A stretch of DNA of 40,548 nucleotides from Roseobacter sp. (GTDB lineage Bacteria; Chloroflexota; Anaerolineae; J036; Brachytrichaceae): NCBI GenBank assembly GCA_043748055.1, contig JAYTNY010000164.1:1-40548 (forward strand). The letters run 5' to 3'. The notes under the pieces were generated by a model. It was not told where the DNA came from. It ran no database searches and worked only from the letters and a program-made list of their open reading frames with translations. Both the position numbers and the translations under genes were made by a program. Shown here piece after piece: positions 33,196 to 40,548 of this stretch (position 1 is its first letter; each line of letters begins with the position of its first letter).

Positions 33196-34629
33196 ATGCT
33201 GACCCTCACCGACATCAAAAAGCTGCTGAGCGCGGGCGCGGGCCTGCGCATCGAAGTGCTATCTACTAGTCTGGCAAATGCCGACCGCATGGCCCGCTCG
33301 CTCACTGCGTTGGCGAATGCGCGCGGCGGTGTGCTGCTGGTTCCCCTCAAGCCATTGCGCAAAGAGAAGGTGAAAGAAGTTGACCCCGAGGCCCTGCGCG
33401 ATGAGGCGATGAAAGCCTTGTTGATGTGCGAACCACGACTGATCGTGCCGCTGCCGTATTTCGTGGCCGACTCAAACCTCGCGGGTCTTGATGAGAAACG
33501 CGGCCAAAAGTCGGAACCTAATGCAGACCCGCGAGGTTTTGCAGCACTTGCCATCGAAGTGCCAGAGGGCTTGCCTAACGCCTACAGCTACGAGGGCCGC
33601 TATTACCTGCGCGATGGCGCACGCAACGCCATCATTGCGGCGCGGCCCTTGCGCGAACTGATGCTGTTGCGCGGCGAAGGCACCTGGGAAAGCAGCAGCC
33701 CCAGCGGCAGCAGCAAAGATGATTTGAACTGGAAAGCCATCGAAGACTACGCCAGCAAACTAAGCAGCGGCGAGGCCAGCGCGGAAGAGATAATGTTGAC
33801 GCGCGGGTGCGTGGTCGGCTCGCGCAAGCTCAAGCCCACGTATGCGGGCTTGCTGTTGTTTGGCAAACACCCGCAACGTTGGATTAAGGGCGCAGAAGTT
33901 TTGGCGGCACGGTTTAAGGGCAATGAGATGGAGGACGCGTTTGCGCGCCAGAGCATCGGCGGCACGCTGCCGGAGCAAATTCGCAAGGCTGAGGCGTTCT
34001 TAATCGAGAACATGAGCGTGCAGAGCAACATGAAAAGCTGGCAACGCAGCGACGAAGCGCCCTACCCCGCCAGCGCCTTGCGCGAGGCCGTTGTCAACGC
34101 GGTGGCGCACCGAGATTACCGGCTAACCGGTAGCCAGATTCACGTCTTCATGTTTGGGGATCGGGTCGAAGTGAAATCGCCGGGCAAGTTGCCGGGGCAT
34201 GTGACGTTGAAGAATTTGTTGCGCGAGCGCTACAGCCGCAACGAGGCGTTGGTGCAAGTGTTGGCCGACATGGGCTTCATCGAGCGGCTGGGTTATGGCA
34301 TAGACCGCATGCTGCGGGTGATGAAGGAGCGCAACCAGCCCGAACCACACTTCGAAGAAACCGACGGCGGCTTTATGGTGACGCTGTTGGCGAAGAAGGC
34401 AGCGTTGGAGAAACTACAAGAGGCCATGCCACAGAACGCGCAGCAACAACGGCTGCAAAAGATGATCGCATTTTTGAAAGAGCATGGCCGCATCACCAAT
34501 CGGGATTACCAGGAGATTAGCCCAGACGTAAACCCGGAGACGCTGCGCCGCGATTTTGTGGACATGGTGGACCGCGGCGTGGTGATGCGCGTGGGCGACA
34601 AGCGCGGGACATATTACATTTTGAAGTGA
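33196..34629 (+). CDS. AlbA_2 (Schlafen-like) domain + HATPase-like + C-terminal wHTH protein (COG2865-type putative regulator)
   Basis: 477 aa. The N-terminal module, then ALREAVVNAVAHRDY, KSPGKLPG, YSRNEALVQVLADMGFIERLGYGIDRM, and a C-terminal HTH (ITNRDYQEI) are typical of this architecture. Confidence 0.7.
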   Translation: MLTLTDIKKLLSAGAGLRIEVLSTSLANADRMARSLTALANARGGVLLVPLKPLRKEKVKEVDPEALRDEAMKALLMCEPRLIVPLPYFVADSNLAGLDEKRGQKSEPNADPRGFAALAIEVPEGLPNAYSYEGRYYLRDGARNAIIAARPLRELMLLRGEGTWESSSPSGSSKDDLNWKAIEDYASKLSSGEASAEEIMLTRGCVVGSRKLKPTYAGLLLFGKHPQRWIKGAEVLAARFKGNEMEDAFARQSIGGTLPEQIRKAEAFLIENMSVQSNMKSWQRSDEAPYPASALREAVVNAVAHRDYRLTGSQIHVFMFGDRVEVKSPGKLPGHVTLKNLLRERYSRNEALVQVLADMGFIERLGYGIDRMLRVMKERNQPEPHFEETDGGFMVTLLAKKAALEKLQEAMPQNAQQQRLQKMIAFLKEHGRITNRDYQEISPDVNPETLRRDFVDMVDRGVVMRVGDKRGTYYILK

Positions 34630-34684
34630 GGAAGTATGAAGTATGAGGGATGAAGAATCCCTCATACTTCATACTTCATACTTC
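34623..34684. repeat. Inverted repeat made of tandem heptamers (GAAGTAT)n / (ATACTTC)n
   Basis: GAAGTATGAAGTATGAGGGA-TGAAGAA-TCCCTCATACTTCATACTTCATACTTC. The stop codons of both convergent genes (34627-34629 and 34662-34664) lie inside the arms. Confidence 0.9.
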
Positions 34685-35216
34685 TCTTCCACTCATCTTT
34701 CAAAATGGCATAGAGCAAGTGATCGTGCCACTCGCCTTTGATGAACTCGCGCTCGCGCAGACGGCCCTCGCAGGTCATGCCAATTTTCTCCATAACGCGG
34801 TAGGAGCCGATGTTTTCGGCCACGCACCACGACCAGACGCGGTGCAGGTTAAGTTCCTCGAAGCCGAAGTTTACGATGGCGCAGGCGGCTTCGCTGGCGT
34901 AGCCCCGGCCCCAATAAGCGCTGCTGATCTCGTAGCCGATGTTGGCCTCGCCCTGCTCTGGGTCATTCACGCGGATGCCGCAATTGCCGATGAGCGCGTC
35001 CTCAGATTTAAGCGTGAGAGCGAGTTGAAATTTGCGGCGGGGCTGCTCGGCTTGCTGATCGAGAAACATCTGCACGAAAGACTTGGCACCGGCCTCGGTT
35101 TGCTCGACGAGCGGATAGTAGCGCAGGTAAAGCGAGTCGTTTTGATAGGCCAGCACGGCGGGCCAATCGCTGGCGACGAATTCGCGGAGGTGCAAGCGGT
35201 GGGTATCCAGCTCCAT
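34662..35216 (-). CDS. GNAT-family N-acetyltransferase (RimJ/RimL-like)
   Basis: Start at MELDTHRLHLREF (ATG 35216). ANIGYEISSAYWGRGYASEA, LHRVWSWCVAENIGSYRVMEKIGM. The last residues SMKYEV are encoded by the heptamer repeat. Confidence 0.85.
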   Translation of the reverse strand: MELDTHRLHLREFVASDWPAVLAYQNDSLYLRYYPLVEQTEAGAKSFVQMFLDQQAEQPRRKFQLALTLKSEDALIGNCGIRVNDPEQGEANIGYEISSAYWGRGYASEAACAIVNFGFEELNLHRVWSWCVAENIGSYRVMEKIGMTCEGRLREREFIKGEWHDHLLYAILKDEWKRSMKYEV

Positions 35217-35254
35217 GTCACGCACAGTATCATCGTTTGTTGAACGTGCGTAAA

Positions 35255-35596
35255 ATGGGATTGATGATTGAGGAAATCGAGACCAATTCGAAATTGATTT
35301 CAACGCTATGCGACAAGTACTTCGTGCAGCGGCTAGAGCTATTTGGCTCAGCGGCAACCAATCATTTTGACCCAGCCAAAAGCGACATTGATTTTTTGGT
35401 TCGCTTCAAGCCTATGCCAATGACGATGCGTGCAGACACATATTTTGGCCTGTTGTTTTCACTGGAAGATCTCTTTCAACGACATATCGATCTCGTCGAG
35501 CCAGATGCCATTCGCAATCCATATTTTCAGCAATCTATTCAAGAAAAGCCCAAGCAACTGATCTATGAAACTCGAAGTCAAGAAGCATCTGTATGA
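35255..35596 (+). CDS. mntA: MntA-type nucleotidyltransferase antitoxin (type VII TA)
   Basis: LFGSAATNHFDPAKSDIDFLV (GS...D.D minimal nucleotidyltransferase motif). Start is uncertain (TTG 35237, ATG 35255 or 35264). It overlaps the HEPN gene by 32 nt. Confidence 0.8.
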   Translation: MGLMIEEIETNSKLISTLCDKYFVQRLELFGSAATNHFDPAKSDIDFLVRFKPMPMTMRADTYFGLLFSLEDLFQRHIDLVEPDAIRNPYFQQSIQEKPKQLIYETRSQEASV

Positions 35597-35915
35597 CATT
35601 CAGGCAGCATCTGAACTCATCGTTCAATTTATTCACGCGAAGTCATTTGCTGATTACGAGGCTGATGTCATGCTTCGTTCGGCAATTGAGCGCCAACTCA
35701 TGGTTGTGGGCGAAGCTTTTGTTCGCCTTCGCAGCGAATTGCCGGAAGCTGATGAGGATGATCTCTTGGATCGCATCACAGATGCCCGTAAGATCATCGG
35801 CTTTCGCAACATCCTCGTGCATGGTTACGACGCAATCAAAAACGATATCGTTTGGATTGTGATCATCAAAGACTTACCCGCTCTTATTCGAGAAGTGAAC
35901 ACGTTGCTCAATTAA
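35565..35915 (+). CDS. hepT: HepT-type HEPN (DUF86) toxin
   Basis: 116 aa; GFRNILVHGY (Rx4H) near the C-terminus, DUF86-like helices. Confidence 0.85.
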   Translation: MKLEVKKHLYDIQAASELIVQFIHAKSFADYEADVMLRSAIERQLMVVGEAFVRLRSELPEADEDDLLDRITDARKIIGFRNILVHGYDAIKNDIVWIVIIKDLPALIREVNTLLN

Positions 35916-35952
35916 CTGTGATGATAACTGTGTTGAACTTTCAACTACTTAT

Positions 35953-38592
35953 ATGGCCCGATCCGCTCAAGACGAAGACACCCCCGTTCGCCGTCAATAT
36001 CTAGACCTCAAACGTAAATACCCGGATTGCATTTTGTTCTTTCGCCTGGGCGATTTTTTCGAGACGTTTGATGCGGATGCCGAGCTGATTGCACGCGAGT
36101 TGGATGTGGTGCTGACCTCGCGCCCAATCGCCAAAGACACGCGCATCCCCATGGCCGGGGTGCCGCACCACGCCGCCGAGGGTTACATTGCCCGCTTAAT
36201 CGAGAAAGGCTACCGCGTGGCGCTGGCCGACCAGTTGGGCAGCGAGGCCATCAACGGCTTGGTGCCGCGCGAGGTGCGCCGCGTGATTACCCCCGGCACC
36301 GTAGTAGAGCCGGGAATGTTGGACGCGGGCAGGCCGAATTATTTGGGGGCTGTGGTTGGTAATTGGGGATTAGGGATTAGGGATTCGGAGCAGCCAATCA
36401 CTCATCCCCAATCCCCAATCACTTCTGTTGGTTTCGCCTACTGCGATATTACGACCGGTGAGTTTTGGACCACGCAGTTGGAGAGTGCCATCGAGTTGGA
36501 ACGCGAGATGGCCCGCGTGCAACCACGTGAGGTGTTGCAACCGGAAACAACTGCACAGTCCCGTCAAACATCACCCATCACCAATCACCAATTACTCATC
36601 ACCCCCTACCCCGCTTATCGTTTTGAGCTAACCAACGCGCGCCAAATATTGCTCGACCAATTTAAGGTAAGCACGCTGCAAGGTTTTGGGCTGGAGGACA
36701 AGCCCTTTGCGATGCGGGCGGCGGGCGCGATTCTGGCGTATTTGCGCGAGACGCAACCGGCAGCGCTGCATCAGATGAACGACTTGCGCGTCTACTCTAC
36801 TGCGCACTTTATGGGGCTGGATGCAGTGACGCGGCGCAACCTGGAGCTGACCGAAGGCTCGCGCAGCCGCAACAAGCAGGGTTCGTTGCTGAGCATTTTG
36901 GACAAGACGATGACCCCGATGGGCGCGCGCCTAATGCGCAGTTGGGTGTCGCAGCCGTTGGTGGAGCAGCAAGCGATTGAGGAGCGGCTGGCCCGCGTGG
37001 ATGCGCTGTTTAATGATGCCATGTTGCGCACACAACTGCGCGATGGCCTAAAGAACATGCCCGACCTAGAACGCCTGACCGGGCGCGTAACCAGCGGCAT
37101 CGCCAAGCCAAAGGACTTGTTGAGCTTGAAGGCAGCCTGTGAACAGAGTTTGGAGGTTGGAAGGTTTGAAGGTTTGAACAACACCAACCTTCCAACCTTC
37201 CAACCTTCCAACCTGCAACCCATCATCGAGTTAATTTCGAGCGCCATCAAAGAAGAGCCTGATGACGATGGCTTTGTAAAGCCAGGGTTTAGTGAGGAAT
37301 TGGATGGCGTTCATCTGTCCTCACGCGAGGCGAAGACGTGGGTGGCGAATTTGGAGCGGCTGGAGCGCGAACGCACGGGCATTACGTCGCTCAAGGTCGG
37401 CTACAACAAAGTCTTTGGCTACTACATCGAAATAACCCACGCCAAAAAGGAGCTGGCCCCAGCCGATTACATTCGCAAGCAAACGCTGACGAATGCCGAG
37501 CGCTACATCACCCCGCAACTAAAAGAATACGAGACGCTGATTTTGAACGCCGATGAGCGCACGACTGAAATTGAATCGAGATTGTTGACGGAGATCAACG
37601 CGGTGATTGGCTCGCATGCCAAGCACTTGATGAGCGCGGCACATACGATTGCGCGGCTGGATGTAGCTGCATCGTTGGCCGAGGTGGCTGCACGCAACAA
37701 CTATGCACGCCCACAATTTAGCGCCGAGAACAAGATTGAGATTACAGCAGGCCGCCACCCGGTAATTGAGCAATTGTTGAGCGAGGTGCCGTTTACGCCC
37801 AACGACACCTGCCTGGATAGTAATGCGCGGATTCACGTCATCACCGGCCCCAACATGAGTGGCAAGAGCACCACCATGCGACAGGTGGCGCTGGTGGTGT
37901 TGATGGCGCAAATTGGGAGCTACGTGCCCGCCCAACGCGCCAGTTTGTGCTGCGTCGATCGCATCTTCACCCGCATCGGCGCGCAAGATGAATTAACCGC
38001 GGGCCAAAGCACCTTCATGGTGGAGATGGTGGAGACGGCCAACATTTTGCGGCACTGCACGCCGCGCAGCTTGGTGATCTTGGACGAAATTGGGCGCGGC
38101 ACCAGCACCTACGACGGCCTAGCGATTGCGTGGAGCGTGATCGAGTTCTTGCACAACCACCCCGACCGGCGGGCGATGACCCTGTTTGCTACGCATTACC
38201 ACGAGCTGATTCAGCTTTCCGAAACGTTGCCGCAAGTGCGCAACTTCAACGTGGCGGTAAGTGACGAGGGGGGCGATGTCGTGTTCCTTCATAAAGTAAT
38301 TGAGGGCGGCGCGGACAAAAGCTATGGGGTGCATGTGGCGCAGTTGGCGGGCTTGCCACCAGCGGTGGTGCATCGGGCGCAGGATGTGTTGAAGGGGCTG
38401 GAGGCGGGGAGCCAAAAGACAACAGACAACTCGGCTTCGGAGCCGCGACAACAGACGGCAGAGGAGCCTGCGCAGATTTCGATGTTTGCGGAGCGTTCGG
38501 CTGCGCTGGAGAAGCTGAAGGGGCTGGACCCGAATGCGATGAGTCCGTTGGAGGCGTTGATGGCTTTGTTTGAGTTGAAGAAGTTACTATAG
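35953..38592 (+). CDS. mutS: DNA mismatch repair protein MutS (carrying three in-frame repeat-derived insertions)
   Basis: 879 aa; TPVRRQYLDLK, GDFFETF, Walker A GPNMSGKST, STFMVEM, DEIGRGTSTYDG, FATHYHEL. Confidence 0.95.
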   Translation: MARSAQDEDTPVRRQYLDLKRKYPDCILFFRLGDFFETFDADAELIARELDVVLTSRPIAKDTRIPMAGVPHHAAEGYIARLIEKGYRVALADQLGSEAINGLVPREVRRVITPGTVVEPGMLDAGRPNYLGAVVGNWGLGIRDSEQPITHPQSPITSVGFAYCDITTGEFWTTQLESAIELEREMARVQPREVLQPETTAQSRQTSPITNHQLLITPYPAYRFELTNARQILLDQFKVSTLQGFGLEDKPFAMRAAGAILAYLRETQPAALHQMNDLRVYSTAHFMGLDAVTRRNLELTEGSRSRNKQGSLLSILDKTMTPMGARLMRSWVSQPLVEQQAIEERLARVDALFNDAMLRTQLRDGLKNMPDLERLTGRVTSGIAKPKDLLSLKAACEQSLEVGRFEGLNNTNLPTFQPSNLQPIIELISSAIKEEPDDDGFVKPGFSEELDGVHLSSREAKTWVANLERLERERTGITSLKVGYNKVFGYYIEITHAKKELAPADYIRKQTLTNAERYITPQLKEYETLILNADERTTEIESRLLTEINAVIGSHAKHLMSAAHTIARLDVAASLAEVAARNNYARPQFSAENKIEITAGRHPVIEQLLSEVPFTPNDTCLDSNARIHVITGPNMSGKSTTMRQVALVVLMAQIGSYVPAQRASLCCVDRIFTRIGAQDELTAGQSTFMVEMVETANILRHCTPRSLVILDEIGRGTSTYDGLAIAWSVIEFLHNHPDRRAMTLFATHYHELIQLSETLPQVRNFNVAVSDEGGDVVFLHKVIEGGADKSYGVHVAQLAGLPPAVVHRAQDVLKGLEAGSQKTTDNSASEPRQQTAEEPAQISMFAERSAALEKLKGLDPNAMSPLEALMALFELKKLL
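36361..36423. repeat. Heptamer-based imperfect inverted repeat inside mutS
   Basis: AATTGGGGATTAGGGATTAGGGATT ... AATCACTCATCCCCAATCCCCAATCACT, translated in frame as NWGLGIRDSEQPITHPQSPIT. The GGGATTA unit is the same as in the hairpin at 39866-39919. Confidence 0.85.
36569..36603. repeat. Degenerate tandem heptamer (CATCACC/AATCACC/AATTACT)x5 inside mutS
   Basis: CATCACC CATCACC AATCACC AATTACT CATCACC, translated as ..TSPITNHQLLIT... Confidence 0.8.
37152..37214. repeat. Octamer-based imperfect inverted repeat inside mutS
   Basis: GGAGGTTGGAAGGTTTGAAGGTTTGAA-CAACAC-CAACCT(TCCAACCT)x3, translated as LEVGRFEGLNNTNLPTFQPSNL. GGTTTGAA is the complement of the repeat unit at 148-187. Confidence 0.85.
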
Positions 38593-38612
38593 ATTTTTGT
38601 CGCTGTCGTTCA

Positions 38613-38677
38613 GACCTGTCAGATAGCGCAGGTATGCGCCAGTTAACCTAGTCTTTTGGTGCGCTACCTGACAAGTC
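38613..38677. repeat. Imperfect 18-bp inverted repeat after mutS
   Basis: GACCTGTCAGATAGCGCA (38613-38630) pairs with TGCGCTACCTGACAAGTC (38660-38677). The two differences are G:U-compatible. Confidence 0.75.
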
Positions 38678-38900
38678 TCAGTTACGTTCGATACGCCTCC
38701 GGCGCATACGGTCGCCAATCCACCTGCTCAAATTCACACCATAAGTCCATCGAGAAAGCCGCATTCGGGGCAATTGGCTATGCGCCAGTTTAAGAATGGC
38801 GTGAGTTGAATGCGGCCTGTGCGAAATTCCTCGATCGCTACAAAGCTCACATTTGTGCAACCCTTGCACAAACGCGCAGCAGTGCGGTTTAATTTGGCGT

Positions 38901-39863
38901 GTGAGCAACCGACCCGACACCGACGACCAACTCGACCTGCTGGCACAGGTGGCCGAGATGTATTACATGCAGGGGCTAAACCAATCCCAAATAGCGCACA
39001 AGACTGGCTACTCGCGTTCTATGATCTCGCGCTTGTTAACACAGGCGGTAAAACAGAAGATCGTCGAGTTCCATGTGTATCACCCCCTGGCGCGTTGCAC
39101 CCAGCTTGAGGCGGCGTTGCAGCGCAAATTCCGCTTAAAAGAGGTGCGCGTGTTGGCGCGTGGCGCGTTGGATTACCAGCAAATGTTGAACAAACTGGGC
39201 AAACTGGCCGCACAATTAGTGGATGGCGCACTGCAAAACGGGATGACCGTGGGCGTGAGTTGGGGCACAGCCGTGGCGGCAACGATCAACGCGCTCAAGC
39301 CCAAGCCTTGCACCAGCATCAACGTGGTGCAAATGATTGGCAGCTATGGCACACCCGACCCCGAGGTGGACGGCCACGAGCTGGCGCGCAAACTCTCGCG
39401 CATTTTGGGCGGCAAGTACGCCATCCTGCCTGCCCCGTTAGTTGTGGCGACGGAGACCATGCGCAACGCATTGCTAAACGACCAGCGCGTGAAACAAATT
39501 CTGGCAAGCGCGAAGCTCATGCAATTGGCTATCGTAGGCATCGGCAGCGTGGATGCGGGGCTGTCGTCTTTGGTGCGAGCAGGCTACCTCAGCAAAGCCA
39601 ATGTGCGCGAACTGGCCGCGCATGGCGCAGTAGGCGACGTGTGCGCGATTAACTTTGATTTGAAGGGGAATTTAGTAGACACGCCATTGGCGCACCGCGT
39701 GGTGGGGATTGATGCGCGAACGTTGCAAGGTGTGCCCACCAAGATTGGCATTGCCGGTGGCAGCGAGAAAGCCCCTGCTGTGCTGGGCGCGCTGCGCGGA
39801 AAATTTGTAAATGTATTGGTGACAGATGAGGCGGCGGCGACGGAAGTGTTGGGAATGGCATAG
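38901..39863 (+). CDS. SorC/DeoR-type sugar-binding transcriptional regulator
   Basis: Start set at GTG 38901 (the track's TTG at 38853 is possible). LLAQVAEMYYMQGLNQSQIAHKTGYSRSMISRLL HTH, then a sugar-binding domain (VGVSWG, IVGIG, GDVCA...). Confidence 0.85.
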   Translation: MSNRPDTDDQLDLLAQVAEMYYMQGLNQSQIAHKTGYSRSMISRLLTQAVKQKIVEFHVYHPLARCTQLEAALQRKFRLKEVRVLARGALDYQQMLNKLGKLAAQLVDGALQNGMTVGVSWGTAVAATINALKPKPCTSINVVQMIGSYGTPDPEVDGHELARKLSRILGGKYAILPAPLVVATETMRNALLNDQRVKQILASAKLMQLAIVGIGSVDAGLSSLVRAGYLSKANVRELAAHGAVGDVCAINFDLKGNLVDTPLAHRVVGIDARTLQGVPTKIGIAGGSEKAPAVLGALRGKFVNVLVTDEAAATEVLGMA

Positions 39864-39865
39864 CG

Positions 39866-39919
39866 GTGATTAGGGATTAGGGATTGGCGATGAATCCCTA
39901 ATCCCTAATCCCTAATCAC
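39866..39919. repeat. Inverted repeat of tandem heptamers (GGGATTA)n / (TAATCCC)n
   Basis: GTGATTAGGGATTAGGGATT-GGCGATG-AATCCCTAATCCCTAATCCCTAATCAC. The right arm has one more unit than the left. It fills the gap between the SorC stop and the E1-alpha start. Confidence 0.9.
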
Positions 39920-39924
39920 GTCTT

Positions 39925-40548
39925 ATGGCAAAAACAAAACAAGACACACATACGCTAGGCGCGCTAAAGCCCCGCGCAGACGAATTGCTGATGAAGATGA
40001 TGCTGATTCGCACCTTCGAGGAGAAGGCCGAGGAGCTTTACATTAACGGCAAGACGCACGGCACCATGCACCTCAGCATTGGACAAGAGGCGACTGCTGT
40101 TGGCGCAAGTGCGGCGCTGAAAGAAGGCGATTACTTGCTGAATACACATCGCGGGCATGGGCATTGTTTGGCCTGGTTTGGGGCCGACGTGAACGCGATG
40201 ATGGCCGAGTTTTTGGGCCGTGAGGCGGGCTATTGCCGAGGGCGCGGTGGCAGCATGCACATTGCGAACGTGGATACGAATAACTTGGGCGCGAATGGCA
40301 TTGTGGGCGGCGGCATACCCATCAGCACGGGCGTGGGCTACAGCATCAAAATGCGCAAGACCGACCAGGTGTGCCTCACTGTGTTTGGGGATGGCGCTTC
40401 GAACGAGGGGGCGTTCCACGAGAGTTTGAACATGGCGAGCATTTGGAAGCTGCCGGTGATTTATTTGTGCGAGAACAACCAGTACGCCATGAGCATGAGC
40501 ATCAAAAAGAGCGCCGCCGTGGAGCGGATTGCGACGCGGGCCAGCAGC
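39925..40548 (+). CDS. TPP-dependent 2-oxoacid (pyruvate/acetoin) dehydrogenase E1 alpha subunit, 5' part (continues beyond the window)
   Basis: ATG 39925, open to the window end (208 codons). [35 protein letters not shown] motif [26 protein letters not shown]. Confidence 0.85.
   Translation, partial: MAKTKQDTHTLGALKPRADELLMKMMLIRTFEEKAEELYINGKTHGTMHLSIGQEATAVGASAALKEGDYLLNTHRGHGHCLAWFGADVNAMMAEFLGREAGYCRGRGGSMHIANVDTNNLGANGIVGGGIPISTGVGYSIKMRKTDQVCLTVFGDGASNEGAFHESLNMASIWKLPVIYLCENNQYAMSMSIKKSAAVERIATRASS

Noticed and set aside
33003-33554. 183-aa minus-strand ORF spanning the lexA/AlbA_2 intergenic region.
   Set aside because: It overlaps the LexA boxes and the 5' part of the well-supported AlbA_2-type gene. 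Its composition is Ser/Arg/Ala-rich with no motifs.
36361-36423. Possible CRISPR array, considering the regularly repeated units here and at 148-187, 14064-14084, 34623-34684 and 39866-39919.
   Set aside because: The units are only 7-8 bp and directly abutting, with no spacers. No cas genes are in the window. They are microsatellite or hairpin repeats, not CRISPRs.

Overview
About 40.5 kb of a moderately GC-rich bacterial chromosome (roughly 55-65% G+C from hand counts of a few lines). The taxon cannot be determined from this window. The GAAC-N4-GTTC LexA boxes, the many DinB/VOC/DUF1801/GNAT genes and a BTAD-ATPase-TPR regulator suggest a Chloroflexota-like or Gram-positive-type lineage.

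Housekeeping anchors:
- a BMP/CUT2-type ABC importer (ATPase plus the start of a permease)
- an initiator-like tRNA-Met(CAT)
- a class-III aminotransferase divergent from an Lrp/AsnC regulator
- metK, lexA and mutS
- a SorC regulator followed by a TPP-dependent E1-alpha gene

Accessory content:
1. An AT-rich single-gene island (9569-10852) encodes a 427-aa protein with a C-terminal HEPN-type Rx4H motif. This is my best candidate for an undescribed defence or abortive-infection gene.
2. Two tandem paralogous small proteins with divergent C-terminal tails sit directly upstream of an ATP-grasp-like enzyme.
3. A 1239-aa wHTH/BTAD-AAA-TPR STAND regulator is flanked by a secreted protein and a membrane protein. 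GGAGATA direct repeats with 11-bp periodicity lie on both sides.
4. A run of 23 same-strand, mostly small genes spans about 12 kb (VOC x5, DUF1801 x4, DinB-like x3, GNAT x2, ATL-like, DUF2277, ankyrin and others). It starts at lexA, which has two LexA boxes shared with a divergent AlbA_2/Schlafen-like ATPase-HTH gene.
5. An MntA/HepT type VII toxin-antitoxin pair lies just upstream of mutS.
6. A gene-decay zone next to the tRNA holds AKR, Gfo/Idh/MocA, IS110, LuxR and TPR-regulator remnants.

The window also holds many hairpin-forming elements, several built from tandem 7- and 8-bp units. Three of these sit in frame inside mutS.

All homology statements come from motif recognition by eye, not database searches.
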